64,000 nt of DNA from Bacteroidota bacterium (GTDB lineage Bacteria; Bacteroidota; Bacteroidia; Chitinophagales; Chitinophagaceae), in the NCBI GenBank assembly GCA_048498035.1, contig JBEHYT010000005.1, positions 107,919 to 171,918 of the forward strand, in the 5' to 3' direction. Positions 53,674-62,421 of this stretch are shown here, piece after piece. The position numbers and the translations under genes are program-made. Numbering within the stretch: position 1 is the stretch's first letter; the number at the start of each line of letters is the position of its first letter. The notes below the pieces were generated by a model. The model saw nothing but the letters and a program-made list of their open reading frames with translations. It was not told the DNA's origin and did no database searches.

Positions 53674-56640
53674 ATGTTGTTGAAGATGTACATCAATTGC
53701 AAGACATATTTCAGTTTCCACTACGGAACTTTTTCAACCAGGGAATTAGTGGAAACCGCCGTGGATAAGGGTGTTACGGCCCTTGCGCTGACCAATATCA
53801 ACTCTACGTGTGACATCTGGGAGTTTGTCAAAATTTGCCGGGAAACGAATGTGCGGCCTATTACCGGGGTAGAAGTCAGGAATGGTGATAAATTACTATA
53901 TATACTTCTTGCTGCGAATAATAAAGGGTTCACCTGGATTAATAAATTTCTCTCTGAATTTTTAATGGCGAAGAAAGATTTTCCTGAACCCTCCGAAGAA
54001 CAAACCTTTTTTGAAAATGGATGGGACGGTTTTGTAATTTATCCCGTAGGTGCAAAGCCATTGAAGAGCCTTCGGCTGAATGAACGTATCGGTGTTACTC
54101 CCTGGGAAATCAATAAACTCTTTGGGACGGACTGGCGCGACTATGAAGATAAATTTGTCATACGGCAACCTGTCACCGTACAAAATAAAATTTACCATAA
54201 TCTCCATCGCTTACTCCGGGCGATTGATCATAATGTACTTCTCTCTCAACTGCCGAAGGAAACGCAGTGTGATGAGAAGGAAATTTTCCTGGCACCTGCC
54301 CACCTGATGAACCATTTTCAACTGTACCCTTTCCTGATCAGCAATACGTACAAGCTGATGGACGCCTGTAAGATCGAGATGGAATTTCATAAAGACAAAA
54401 CGAAGAAAACTTATACAGGCTCGTTGGAAGACGACCGCATTTTACTTGAAAAGCTGGCGATGGATGGCTTGCCGCAACGTTATGGCAAACGTAACAAAGT
54501 TGCTTTGGAAAGATTGCAAAAGGAACTCAAAATTATTGGCAACATGGGTTTTAATTTTTATTTCCTTAGCAACTATGATATTGTACGTCATGCCCAATCA
54601 AGAGGCTTTTATCATGTCGGCCGTGGCAGTGGTGCCAATTCAATCGTGGCGTATTGTATGGGTATTACCGATGTTGATCCCATTGAGCTGAATTTATATT
54701 TTGAACGATTCCTGAATCCTGAACGGACATCGCCACCGGACTTCGATATTGATTTCTCGCATCATGACCGTGACCATGTGATGGATTATGTATTCAAGCG
54801 TTACGGGAAGGAACATGTGAGTCTGGTCGGGAATTTCACGACGTACAAAAATGATTCTATCATCCGGGAACTGGGAAAAGTATTTGGATTGCCTGATGAA
54901 GAAATCAAAGAACTCCAAAGGACGAATGTTTCGCGGGACAAGAATCAAGAGTTCATCATTCAGTACGGAAGCCTGATGAAAAAATTTCCTAGTAATTGCT
55001 CAGTACATGCCTGCGGAATGTTTATCTCGGAAGAGCCGATCACCAATCATCTCGCTTTGTTTATGCCACCGAAAGGCATGCCGACCTCGCAACTGGATAT
55101 GTATGCGGCGGAAAATATCGGGCTGAATAAGTATGATATATTAAGTCAACGGGGATTGAGTCATATCAGGGAGGCGCTGCGCTTAATTAAAGGTAATAAG
55201 GGTATTGATATTAATATTCATGATACGAGTAAATTCAAGAAGGATGCAAACGTAAATCTCCAAATAAAGAATGCAAATTCTATCGGTTGCTTTTATATCG
55301 AGTCGCCGGCGATGCGGCACCTTCTTATGAAACTGAAATGCGATGATTACCTGACGCTGGTGGCAGCAAGTTCTATTATCCGGCCAGGGGTGGCGGAATC
55401 AGGCATGATGCGGGAGTATATCAACCGCTATCACAATAGGGATAGTATAAAGTACCTGCATCCCATTTTCGAGGAACATTTAGCGGAAACATTCGGCGTC
55501 ATGGTGTTCCAGGAAGATGTGATCAAGATCGCCCACTATTTTGCCGGGCTTTCGTTAGGTGATGCTGATGTATTACGCCGGGCAATGAATTCTTCCAAAT
55601 ACAAAGGGAGCAGTTTTGAAATCATCCGCAATAAATATTTCGACAGTTGCAAAGTAAAAGGACATAGCGAAGAACTTGCTGCGGAAGTATGGCGGCAAAT
55701 GGAAAGTTTTGCGGGCTATAGTTTCTGTAAAGCTCACTCGGCATCCTTTGCCGTTGAAAGTTATATGTCACTTTACCTGAAGACTTATTATCCAAAAGAA
55801 TTTATGGTAGCCGTTATTAATAATTTCGGCGGTTTTTATTCAACTGAACTTTATTTTATTGAACTCTTCAAAGCGGGTGGTACTATTCAGCCGCCCTGCG
55901 TGAACAACAGTGATGAGTACACGAATATCAAAGGTGATGAAGTGTATGTCGGGTTGATACATATTAAAAGCTTGCGAAAAGATTTAAAGGTTACAATCAT
56001 TGAAGAAAGAGACAAAAATGGTCCATACTTACACCTGCAGGATTTTATTGAACGTATCAATCCCGGCATTGTCCAACTGGAAATCTTAATTACCACCGGT
56101 GCTTTCCGGTTTACAGGTAAGTCGAAGAAAGAATTATTGTGGGAAGCGCATTCGCTGCATAAAAAGCACCAATTGCAATTACAAAATACTCAACCGCTAT
56201 TTACCGATGCACCACTCCAGTTCCAACTGCCCGACCTGGCCGATCATCCGCTGGATGATATTTACGACCAGATTCATCATCTTGGGTTTCCGCTGTGCAA
56301 CCCGTTTGGCTTAGCCGATGATGACCCTGCTAACTATGTTCCTGCACAGGACTTAATAAAGTTTGCTAATAGAATCGTGACGGTACTAATTTATTTTATT
56401 GCTCATAAACATGTACCTACCAAGAATGGTGAGACCATGTACTTCGGTACTTTCATTGACAGTGAACTGAACTGGGTGGACACGGTTCATTTTCCTGAAT
56501 CGGCGAAACGATACCCGCTTGACAAATCCGGATTTTTTAAAGCAACAGGCAAAGTCACATTAGACTTTGGCGTAGTCAGTCTTGAAGTGAGTAAGATGAT
56601 TTCTGTGAGTTACCGATCAAGACAGTATGCTGATCTATGA
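53674..56640 (+). CDS. DNA polymerase III alpha-subunit family protein (DnaE2-like, ICE-borne)
   Basis: 988 aa with a PHP-like N-terminus, a Pol IIIalpha palm/fingers region (GRGSGANSIVAYCMGITDVDP, FERFLNPERTSPPDFDIDF, YAGYSFCKAHSA) and a C-terminal OB-like region. It is shorter than replicative DnaE and is paired with a Y-family polymerase. Confidence 0.88.
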   Translation: MLLKMYINCKTYFSFHYGTFSTRELVETAVDKGVTALALTNINSTCDIWEFVKICRETNVRPITGVEVRNGDKLLYILLAANNKGFTWINKFLSEFLMAKKDFPEPSEEQTFFENGWDGFVIYPVGAKPLKSLRLNERIGVTPWEINKLFGTDWRDYEDKFVIRQPVTVQNKIYHNLHRLLRAIDHNVLLSQLPKETQCDEKEIFLAPAHLMNHFQLYPFLISNTYKLMDACKIEMEFHKDKTKKTYTGSLEDDRILLEKLAMDGLPQRYGKRNKVALERLQKELKIIGNMGFNFYFLSNYDIVRHAQSRGFYHVGRGSGANSIVAYCMGITDVDPIELNLYFERFLNPERTSPPDFDIDFSHHDRDHVMDYVFKRYGKEHVSLVGNFTTYKNDSIIRELGKVFGLPDEEIKELQRTNVSRDKNQEFIIQYGSLMKKFPSNCSVHACGMFISEEPITNHLALFMPPKGMPTSQLDMYAAENIGLNKYDILSQRGLSHIREALRLIKGNKGIDINIHDTSKFKKDANVNLQIKNANSIGCFYIESPAMRHLLMKLKCDDYLTLVAASSIIRPGVAESGMMREYINRYHNRDSIKYLHPIFEEHLAETFGVMVFQEDVIKIAHYFAGLSLGDADVLRRAMNSSKYKGSSFEIIRNKYFDSCKVKGHSEELAAEVWRQMESFAGYSFCKAHSASFAVESYMSLYLKTYYPKEFMVAVINNFGGFYSTELYFIELFKAGGTIQPPCVNNSDEYTNIKGDEVYVGLIHIKSLRKDLKVTIIEERDKNGPYLHLQDFIERINPGIVQLEILITTGAFRFTGKSKKELLWEAHSLHKKHQLQLQNTQPLFTDAPLQFQLPDLADHPLDDIYDQIHHLGFPLCNPFGLADDDPANYVPAQDLIKFANRIVTVLIYFIAHKHVPTKNGETMYFGTFIDSELNWVDTVHFPESAKRYPLDKSGFFKATGKVTLDFGVVSLEVSKMISVSYRSRQYADL

Positions 56641-57796
56641 CCGACATATCGCCCATTTTGACATGGACCAGTTCTTTGTGTCCATCGAGCGCAAGCGTAA
56701 TACCGCTTTGAAAGATAAACCTATTCTTATTGGTGGCAGTAATGACCGGGGCATTGTTGCAGCCTGCAGTGATGAGGCAACGAAGTTTGGTATTCATGCT
56801 GCGATGCCGATGCGTATCGCACAACGCTTATGTAAACATGCCATCATTGTAAAGGCGGATTATGAAGAGTATTCCAAACAATCGAAGCTGATCATCGACA
56901 TTATAAAGGATGCTGCACCATTCGTAGAACGATCAGCTATTGACGAATTTTATGTTGATCTCACAGGCATGGATAAGTTCTTTGGCTGTATGAAGTTTAC
57001 GAAGGAATTAAAAAGTAATGTTTACAAACATAGCGGGCTTGACCTGAGTTCGGGGCTTGCGAGTAATAAGCTGGTGAGTAAGGTTGCTGCCTTACAAATT
57101 AAGCCACAGGGACAATTAGAAATCCCATTTGGCAATGAGAAGTCATTCCTTGCACCCTTGAGTGTAGTTAAGTTACCTGGTGTTGGTAAAGAGACGGCTT
57201 TCAAGTTAATAAAGATGGGGGTGGAAACTATTAAAGTACTCAGCGATGTTCCTCCTGAAATGTTATGTGATGTACTTGGTAAAGGAGGCAATGAATTATC
57301 CCGGAGGGCGAATGGTATTGATGAATCACCTGTCGTACCCTATGTTGAACAAAAGTATATCTCGGCCGAACATATATTCCAGGAAGATACGATCAGTATG
57401 CAAATATTATATAGTGAACTGGTGCGAATGACCGAAGCTTTAGCATTCAAATTACGGAAGCAAAATAAAGTTACCGGTTGTGTTGTGGTGAAACTCCGTT
57501 ACTCCGATCATGATGCACATGATATAAAGCAATCCATTGCTTACTGTAATACAGATCATAGTTTAATAGCAGTCGTAAAAGAACTGTTCCTGAAATTATA
57601 TACCCGGAGGATGCTCGTGCGGATGGTAGGGATACGGTTTACGAATTTGATTCCGGGAAGTTACCAGATTGATTTGTTTGAAGACAGCCATGAGACTATA
57701 AAGTTGTATCAGTCTCTAGATAGCATAAAGACCAGATTTGGTGAAAACTTACTAGGAAGGGCGAGTATATTGAACAAGGAAAGTAAACGCAAATGA
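56627..57796 (+). CDS. Y-family DNA polymerase (DinB/ImuB-like)
   Basis: N-terminal HFDMDQFFVSIE (Y-family motif I with the acidic residues retained), SIDEFYVDLT (motif III) and LPGVGKET (HhH). It overlaps the upstream gene by 14 nt. Confidence 0.88.
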   Translation: MLIYDRHIAHFDMDQFFVSIERKRNTALKDKPILIGGSNDRGIVAACSDEATKFGIHAAMPMRIAQRLCKHAIIVKADYEEYSKQSKLIIDIIKDAAPFVERSAIDEFYVDLTGMDKFFGCMKFTKELKSNVYKHSGLDLSSGLASNKLVSKVAALQIKPQGQLEIPFGNEKSFLAPLSVVKLPGVGKETAFKLIKMGVETIKVLSDVPPEMLCDVLGKGGNELSRRANGIDESPVVPYVEQKYISAEHIFQEDTISMQILYSELVRMTEALAFKLRKQNKVTGCVVVKLRYSDHDAHDIKQSIAYCNTDHSLIAVVKELFLKLYTRRMLVRMVGIRFTNLIPGSYQIDLFEDSHETIKLYQSLDSIKTRFGENLLGRASILNKESKRK

Positions 57797-57809
57797 GAAG
57801 AGCATGCAA

Positions 57810-59555
57810 TTATTCTTTATCATAATCTAAATCGACCTCAATTCCAAGGAGTTTGGATTCAATAGATTCATCAGTGAGTTCGAGAACGATATTTTGATCA
57901 ATTACCTCATCAAAATGTTCTTGTTCCATTTCGAGTTTTAATGACTCCAGTGTATTTTGATTTACAGAAATAATGTATTGTAAGTTTTTTTCTTTGGTCT
58001 TATCAAAAGCAACATCAAAGAGAATAGCTTGTTGCCTCGAATCAATCTCAGATAGTAATCTACTGTCGTGAAATATGAAATTTACTTTATGGTTATGCCG
58101 GGTTAACAATAGTGTCCAATCAAAGCAGAATATTTTTACGTCGTTTACTCCATCACCCTTGTCATCATCAATTTTAGCTTTTATCTCAAATCTATTCTTG
58201 TTAATGAGATCGTTAATCTTAATTTCTATACCAGCCCTTTTCTTTTCATAGAAATCTGAGGCAAGTTCTTTAAAAACTACAATATTCCCTTCTATTAAAG
58301 ATCTGTTTTTTTCATAGTACTCAAGAGTCTTAGTATTTTCAAGACTAAAGTCTCGTTTTAATCTTTCCAATTTATTTTTATATTCCTGCTTAAGGCTACG
58401 ATATTTTTCGATACTATTTAACTTAATTTTGAAATCTTTAAGCTGGTCGTTCATTTTTGTAAATTCATCTAATGCACTTTTGGAATTCAAATATTCAAGT
58501 TTCCCATCCTTTAATTTTCCTAATTTCCTAATGGATGCTTCTATTTCATTTACCTTTTTTTCAAATTCGCTTTTTTCTTTTAAAAGACGACGAGATCGGT
58601 TATCCAGTATTTTCTTATTAAATTCTTCGACGTCGGAAAGTCTTTTCTTTATAAAATCAGGCAAAGAAACCTGAGCATCCTGGTAGAGCTGTTCAATTCT
58701 TTTTTTAGGAATATCAGGAGTAATATTCAAACTTTTGTCAATATTTGACAACGCAGTTTTTAAGGATGATACCTTGTTTTCCAATTGCTTGATCTGCACC
58801 TTCAATTGATCAGCATCTTTTACTACTTCATAATAATCTTCCGCCACCTGAAAACGAGAAAGATCGTTTTCGAGTTTAATAATCTTTTGCTTTAAATCAA
58901 CCACATCAATCTCAAAGTCATCATCATCCGTCTGTTCAAAAAATGTTTTAATAATTGCGTCATTTTCAATTGCTTTTTTCATTTCCTCCGTTTTATCATA
59001 GTCATCTTTTAGTTCCATTTTTCTAAGTATCAAAAAGACATCTAATCCAAGAAGGAATGAGTTGTTTATTAATTTGCTTGAATCCTTTTCTGCCGATATA
59101 AATGTATCAAAAGAAGTATAGCTTGCTTTTTCGGGTCGAATGAAACGAGTTATTAATGATCGAAAAGTAATGTGTTTAGTTTCTGGAGGTATATTGAATA
59201 CTTTTAACGCTAATAGATCGGTGTAGGCTTTTAGCACCATTTCCTGATCATTGACAATTATAACAGATTGATTATTACATTTTCTCGTAACTAAAAATGA
59301 AGTATCATCAATTTCAAATTCAAGAGAAAATTCCCAATCAGGAAGCTTTGATTCGAATTCTGTATTCTTGTGTGACCCCAAACAAAAATGAATGAGTGCT
59401 ATGCAAAGGGATTTGCCAACGCTATTGTATGTGTTCTTTTTGTTTTTTGTATAATCATTATTATGCCTCCTTCCCACTATAATGGAGAGACCAATAGGAT
59501 TAAAAACAATTGTTTTAAATCCTGGATTATTAGCCGATAGTTTCCTTAGCCGCAT
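57810..59555 (-). CDS. DUF2326-type coiled-coil ABC ATPase (ABC-3C system ATPase component)
   Basis: N-terminus MRLRKLSANNPGFKTIVFNPIGLSIIVG, Walker-A-like TYNSVGKS followed by IALIHFCLG, a long K/E/L-rich coiled-coil middle, and a C-terminal NFIFHDSRLLSEIDSRQ (Walker-B/D-loop-like). Family recognition is from memory. Confidence 0.75.
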   Translation of the reverse strand: MRLRKLSANNPGFKTIVFNPIGLSIIVGRRHNNDYTKNKKNTYNSVGKSLCIALIHFCLGSHKNTEFESKLPDWEFSLEFEIDDTSFLVTRKCNNQSVIIVNDQEMVLKAYTDLLALKVFNIPPETKHITFRSLITRFIRPEKASYTSFDTFISAEKDSSKLINNSFLLGLDVFLILRKMELKDDYDKTEEMKKAIENDAIIKTFFEQTDDDDFEIDVVDLKQKIIKLENDLSRFQVAEDYYEVVKDADQLKVQIKQLENKVSSLKTALSNIDKSLNITPDIPKKRIEQLYQDAQVSLPDFIKKRLSDVEEFNKKILDNRSRRLLKEKSEFEKKVNEIEASIRKLGKLKDGKLEYLNSKSALDEFTKMNDQLKDFKIKLNSIEKYRSLKQEYKNKLERLKRDFSLENTKTLEYYEKNRSLIEGNIVVFKELASDFYEKKRAGIEIKINDLINKNRFEIKAKIDDDKGDGVNDVKIFCFDWTLLLTRHNHKVNFIFHDSRLLSEIDSRQQAILFDVAFDKTKEKNLQYIISVNQNTLESLKLEMEQEHFDEVIDQNIVLELTDESIESKLLGIEVDLDYDKE

Positions 59556-59952
59556 TATATATTAGTCCTTCTGAATTTAAATCAATTGCACCGATAATGA
59601 ATAAATAGTTTAACGCAAGAACGACATTATCAAAACCATGATAAGCAAAGGCTTTTTTAGTTTCATTTTGTTTAGTTACCCTAAACCATAAGTCATCAAC
59701 AGATTTGGGACCATCTTTTAAATATTGTAAAAGATATGCACCCAACCCTAGCAATGACTCTGAAACTCTTATATGTTTAGATGGCAATATCACCGAATAA
59801 AGTATTTTGTCTCGTGGTAGGCGGTTCTTCAAAAATATCACAATAGCTAAAAAAATATGCCATAAGTACAAATACAGCATCTGTATACACCTTTTCATTA
59901 ACCGGATAAGCATTATTGGCAATGTAGAAAAAAACCAAATCGTTTTTTTCAA
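59530..59952 (-). CDS. Small ORF between effector and ATPase: candidate ABC-3C middle component (start uncertain)
   Basis: The track ORF of 140 aa overlaps the upstream gene by 176 nt. A GTG at about 59793 would give an ~87-aa product (VILPSKHIRVSESLLGLGAYLLQYLKDGPKSVDDLW...). Its end overlaps the ATPase start by 26 nt. Confidence 0.5.
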   Translation of the reverse strand: MKKTIWFFSTLPIMLIRLMKRCIQMLYLYLWHIFLAIVIFLKNRLPRDKILYSVILPSKHIRVSESLLGLGAYLLQYLKDGPKSVDDLWFRVTKQNETKKAFAYHGFDNVVLALNYLFIIGAIDLNSEGLIYNAAKETIG

Positions 59953-60787
59953 GCGAATCTGGAATAATATTCATGCCTTTTAAATACAGGCCATTGAAAG
60001 TGTTTTTTAATTCATCCTTTGTAAAAGTACTATTGAGTTTAAAATATTCTTTTAGTGCCCCGTCTTGGTATGAACCATACCGAAGAAAGGTTGCTACTTG
60101 AAGACTTAATGAGTTAAAATTAATTTTCTCTTCAAAATCTGGATTAACAGGAATAGATTCTTGGCCATATTTGTCTTTAAGAGTTATAAGATGTTCAATT
60201 ACTTCATTTAGAATCGAAACATTTAGGCTAATTTCTTCAGCGGTAGGTATGTTTCCTAGAATATCAATTATATGGGCATGCGGCAACTTTAAGAAAATAT
60301 CTTCTAAATTCTGCGAAAGAAAGGGAGCGCATTTGACATTTTGATATTTTGCTTCAATTTTGGCTAACTCTGAATGTAACGATGCATAAGCACCTTGAAA
60401 TTTATCATTCAAAACAAAATTAAATTCCTTTATCGGTGTTACTTCCGTATTCCAGAATGAGTAGAGCCCAGTAAAATCAGTTACGAGTTTATCAATGGTT
60501 TCCTTTTCTTTGGCTGCAGCGTTTTCTGGTGCATAAACTTGATAATATGTCCCTGTCGACTTAACGAAACCGTCGTTCTTGCGATCTCCAAATACGCCCT
60601 GTGGCTTTATTTGTACGAATTCTATATTGTGTAAGCGCATGATCTTAGAAAACAGATATTCAAAATCCTGTCCGTTCCGCCTATAGATTTCCAAGTGGAG
60701 CAATTTTCTTGCAATATAGAGGTCATCAAGAGATAAGGTTCTAAACATTGTTCTTTTGGCGGTTGACAATAAAATTAAGCTACGCAT
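59777..60787 (-). CDS. Candidate ABC-3C effector/sensor component (REase-like N-terminus plus helical C-terminal domain)
   Basis: 336 aa (alternative ATG at 60748). The N-terminal GVFGDRKNDGF...TYYQVYAPEN resembles the GDxxxDG...YQxK pattern of Mrr/PD-(D/E)xK-like modules. It is the first gene of the three-gene block. Confidence 0.55.
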   Translation of the reverse strand: MRSLILLSTAKRTMFRTLSLDDLYIARKLLHLEIYRRNGQDFEYLFSKIMRLHNIEFVQIKPQGVFGDRKNDGFVKSTGTYYQVYAPENAAAKEKETIDKLVTDFTGLYSFWNTEVTPIKEFNFVLNDKFQGAYASLHSELAKIEAKYQNVKCAPFLSQNLEDIFLKLPHAHIIDILGNIPTAEEISLNVSILNEVIEHLITLKDKYGQESIPVNPDFEEKINFNSLSLQVATFLRYGSYQDGALKEYFKLNSTFTKDELKNTFNGLYLKGMNIIPDSLEKNDLVFFYIANNAYPVNEKVYTDAVFVLMAYFFSYCDIFEEPPTTRQNTLFGDIAI

Positions 60788-60825
60788 ACCAATTTTGGCT
60801 TGTTAAAATTTTAAAATTAAGACCC

Positions 60826-60833
60826 TAAATTTG
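60826..60833 (+). promoter_or_regulatory. Bacteroidota-type -7 promoter element (TAAATTTG) for the 2H-phosphoesterase gene
   Basis: It matches the TAnnTTTG consensus. A TTG lies about 23 nt upstream at 60800..60802, and the element is 47 nt upstream of the ATG at 60881. Confidence 0.4.
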
Positions 60834-60839
60834 CTTTAT

Positions 60840-60854
60840 ACTAAAATAATTAGT
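60840..60854. promoter_or_regulatory. ACTAA-N5-TTAGT palindrome (copy 2), between the -7 element and the 2H-phosphoesterase start
   Basis: ACTAAAATAATTAGT, followed by a further TTAGT at 60858..60862. The 17-nt stretch is identical to 53658..53674. Confidence 0.5.
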
Positions 60855-60880
60855 AAATTAGTCTAAATAAACGGTGAGTT

Positions 60881-61492
60881 ATGAAACCAAGTGAAATTAC
60901 AATTCCAGGGTACAGGGTCTTTGAATATCTGCTGGTGCTAAACCCACACCAGGAACTGAGCAATAGAATTGCCCATATCCGGAAGGATTTTAATGTGGAG
61001 TATAAAATCAGCGGGGTGCCGGGTAGCAGGGCAAATCTGGCACTGGTGAAGTTTGAACAACTGGAAATGATGGAGCAGCGGATCATCAATAAACTACACA
61101 CCCTTTCAATGGGTTATCCTCCCTTCAAAGTAGAGCTGAAAGACTTTGGCAGCTTTCCCAGCCATACGATATACCTCAATGTTACCTCAAAGCTTCCCAT
61201 CCAAAATTTGGTCAAATTGATCCGGACGGAAGCCAATCGCCTGATGAAATTTGACCCGGAAAAAACGCCTCATTTTATGCTGGAGCCTCACTTTACCATT
61301 GGGATGAAACTAAAGCCCTGGCAATATGAGAAAGCCTGGCTGGCCTATTCAAACAAGCACTTTAATTCTCGGTTTATTGCAGATGAAATGATCCTTCTGA
61401 AAAGAATTGTAGGAGAAAGAAACTGGGTGGTGTCTAACCGTTTTAAATTTGAAAACTTACCGGTGACCACAAAACAAGGAGAGTTGTTTTAA
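60881..61492 (+). CDS. 2H phosphoesterase (LigT/2'-5' RNA ligase-like) with a degenerate first HxT motif
   Basis: 203 aa. The second motif is intact (EPHFTIGM). At the position of the first motif the sequence reads RANLALVKF instead of HxTL. The central strand VELKDFGSFPSHTIYLNV fits the LigT fold pattern. Confidence 0.65.
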   Translation: MKPSEITIPGYRVFEYLLVLNPHQELSNRIAHIRKDFNVEYKISGVPGSRANLALVKFEQLEMMEQRIINKLHTLSMGYPPFKVELKDFGSFPSHTIYLNVTSKLPIQNLVKLIRTEANRLMKFDPEKTPHFMLEPHFTIGMKLKPWQYEKAWLAYSNKHFNSRFIADEMILLKRIVGERNWVVSNRFKFENLPVTTKQGELF

Positions 61493-62400
61493 TCAAAATG
61501 GAGATTTCTAAAATCTATGTCTTCCATCTTCACATTTTTATTCCAGTAAATAGCAGTATGCTTAAGACTTCCGACCTGACCTGCGGTATATCTGAAATTA
61601 GGGTGCAGTTCTTTTACTACGAAAGGAATTACCTTTTCTAATTGTAAGAATTGATCTACCACATTTGGGTGAAAGGCAAAATTGCAATATAGCGAATCAG
61701 AACCTACGCTAGGATATAAAATTGCATCTTTCCAGGTGTCATTAGTATATAACAGTTGATCTGCCAGCATGGAGGTAATTGGATAAGGAAAGCTTTCTGA
61801 TACAAATAACTTAGCAAGAAATTCATGCAACAAAATATATTGCTGCGCCTTATCTTTTGCATTAGCATTGGAATGACTAATGGCATATTCAAAGGCTCCC
61901 TTTGCCAATTCATTCCATATATTATCTGTTCTTAAAGTAGCCGGAAGTAATAATGCCAATTTTATATTTCGGTTGGTGGTAGCTTTCCAAATGCTTAAAT
62001 AACCGGTTTGTCCTATTTGTGGTTTGCTTTCAATAATTGCCGCATATGGATTGTTCGAGCAATAGAATACAGTTCTCCCTTTGAGGTTAGCTCTTCCATT
62101 CGTTTTACAAAATGCCGGAGATGGATAGGAGTAGGTTTGAATTAGATCCAAATCTTCGTTGACAATATTCATACGCACCCTGTAGAAATAAAGCTGATTA
62201 AATTGTTCAGGTGTCCGTATTGTAAAAATCGAAGGAATAATTGTGGCATACTTGTCGTAAGCTTGTTTTATTTCAAACAAGGATGCATGAGAGAAATCAG
62301 TATTTCTCAACAATTCAAGATTTGCGGAATAGGTAATTAAGTCGGGAATTTTTTCCAGGTCAGAATCTAAAAATTCAGTTAGTGGATTTGCAGTAGACAT
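61489..62400 (-). CDS. RES domain-containing protein (putative NAD+-targeting toxin) with an ~100-aa N-terminal extension
   Basis: RES signature residues sit in context: NGRANLKGRTVFYCS (Arg), AAIIESKP (Glu) and AILYPSVGSDSLYCNFAFHPN (Ser). Confidence 0.8.
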   Translation of the reverse strand: MSTANPLTEFLDSDLEKIPDLITYSANLELLRNTDFSHASLFEIKQAYDKYATIIPSIFTIRTPEQFNQLYFYRVRMNIVNEDLDLIQTYSYPSPAFCKTNGRANLKGRTVFYCSNNPYAAIIESKPQIGQTGYLSIWKATTNRNIKLALLLPATLRTDNIWNELAKGAFEYAISHSNANAKDKAQQYILLHEFLAKLFVSESFPYPITSMLADQLLYTNDTWKDAILYPSVGSDSLYCNFAFHPNVVDQFLQLEKVIPFVVKELHPNFRYTAGQVGSLKHTAIYWNKNVKMEDIDFRNLHFD

Positions 62401-62421
62401 TAATCTTATTACTCATTTTGT

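Noticed and set aside
59777-59952. The full 140-aa reading of the middle ORF of the ABC-3C block, overlapping the upstream gene by 176 nt
   Set aside because: A long out-of-frame overlap is unlikely. The overlapping part (MKKTIWFFSTLPIMLIRLMKRC...) looks like a shadow translation. A shorter product from an internal GTG or TTG start is more plausible, so the start is flagged as uncertain rather than accepted.
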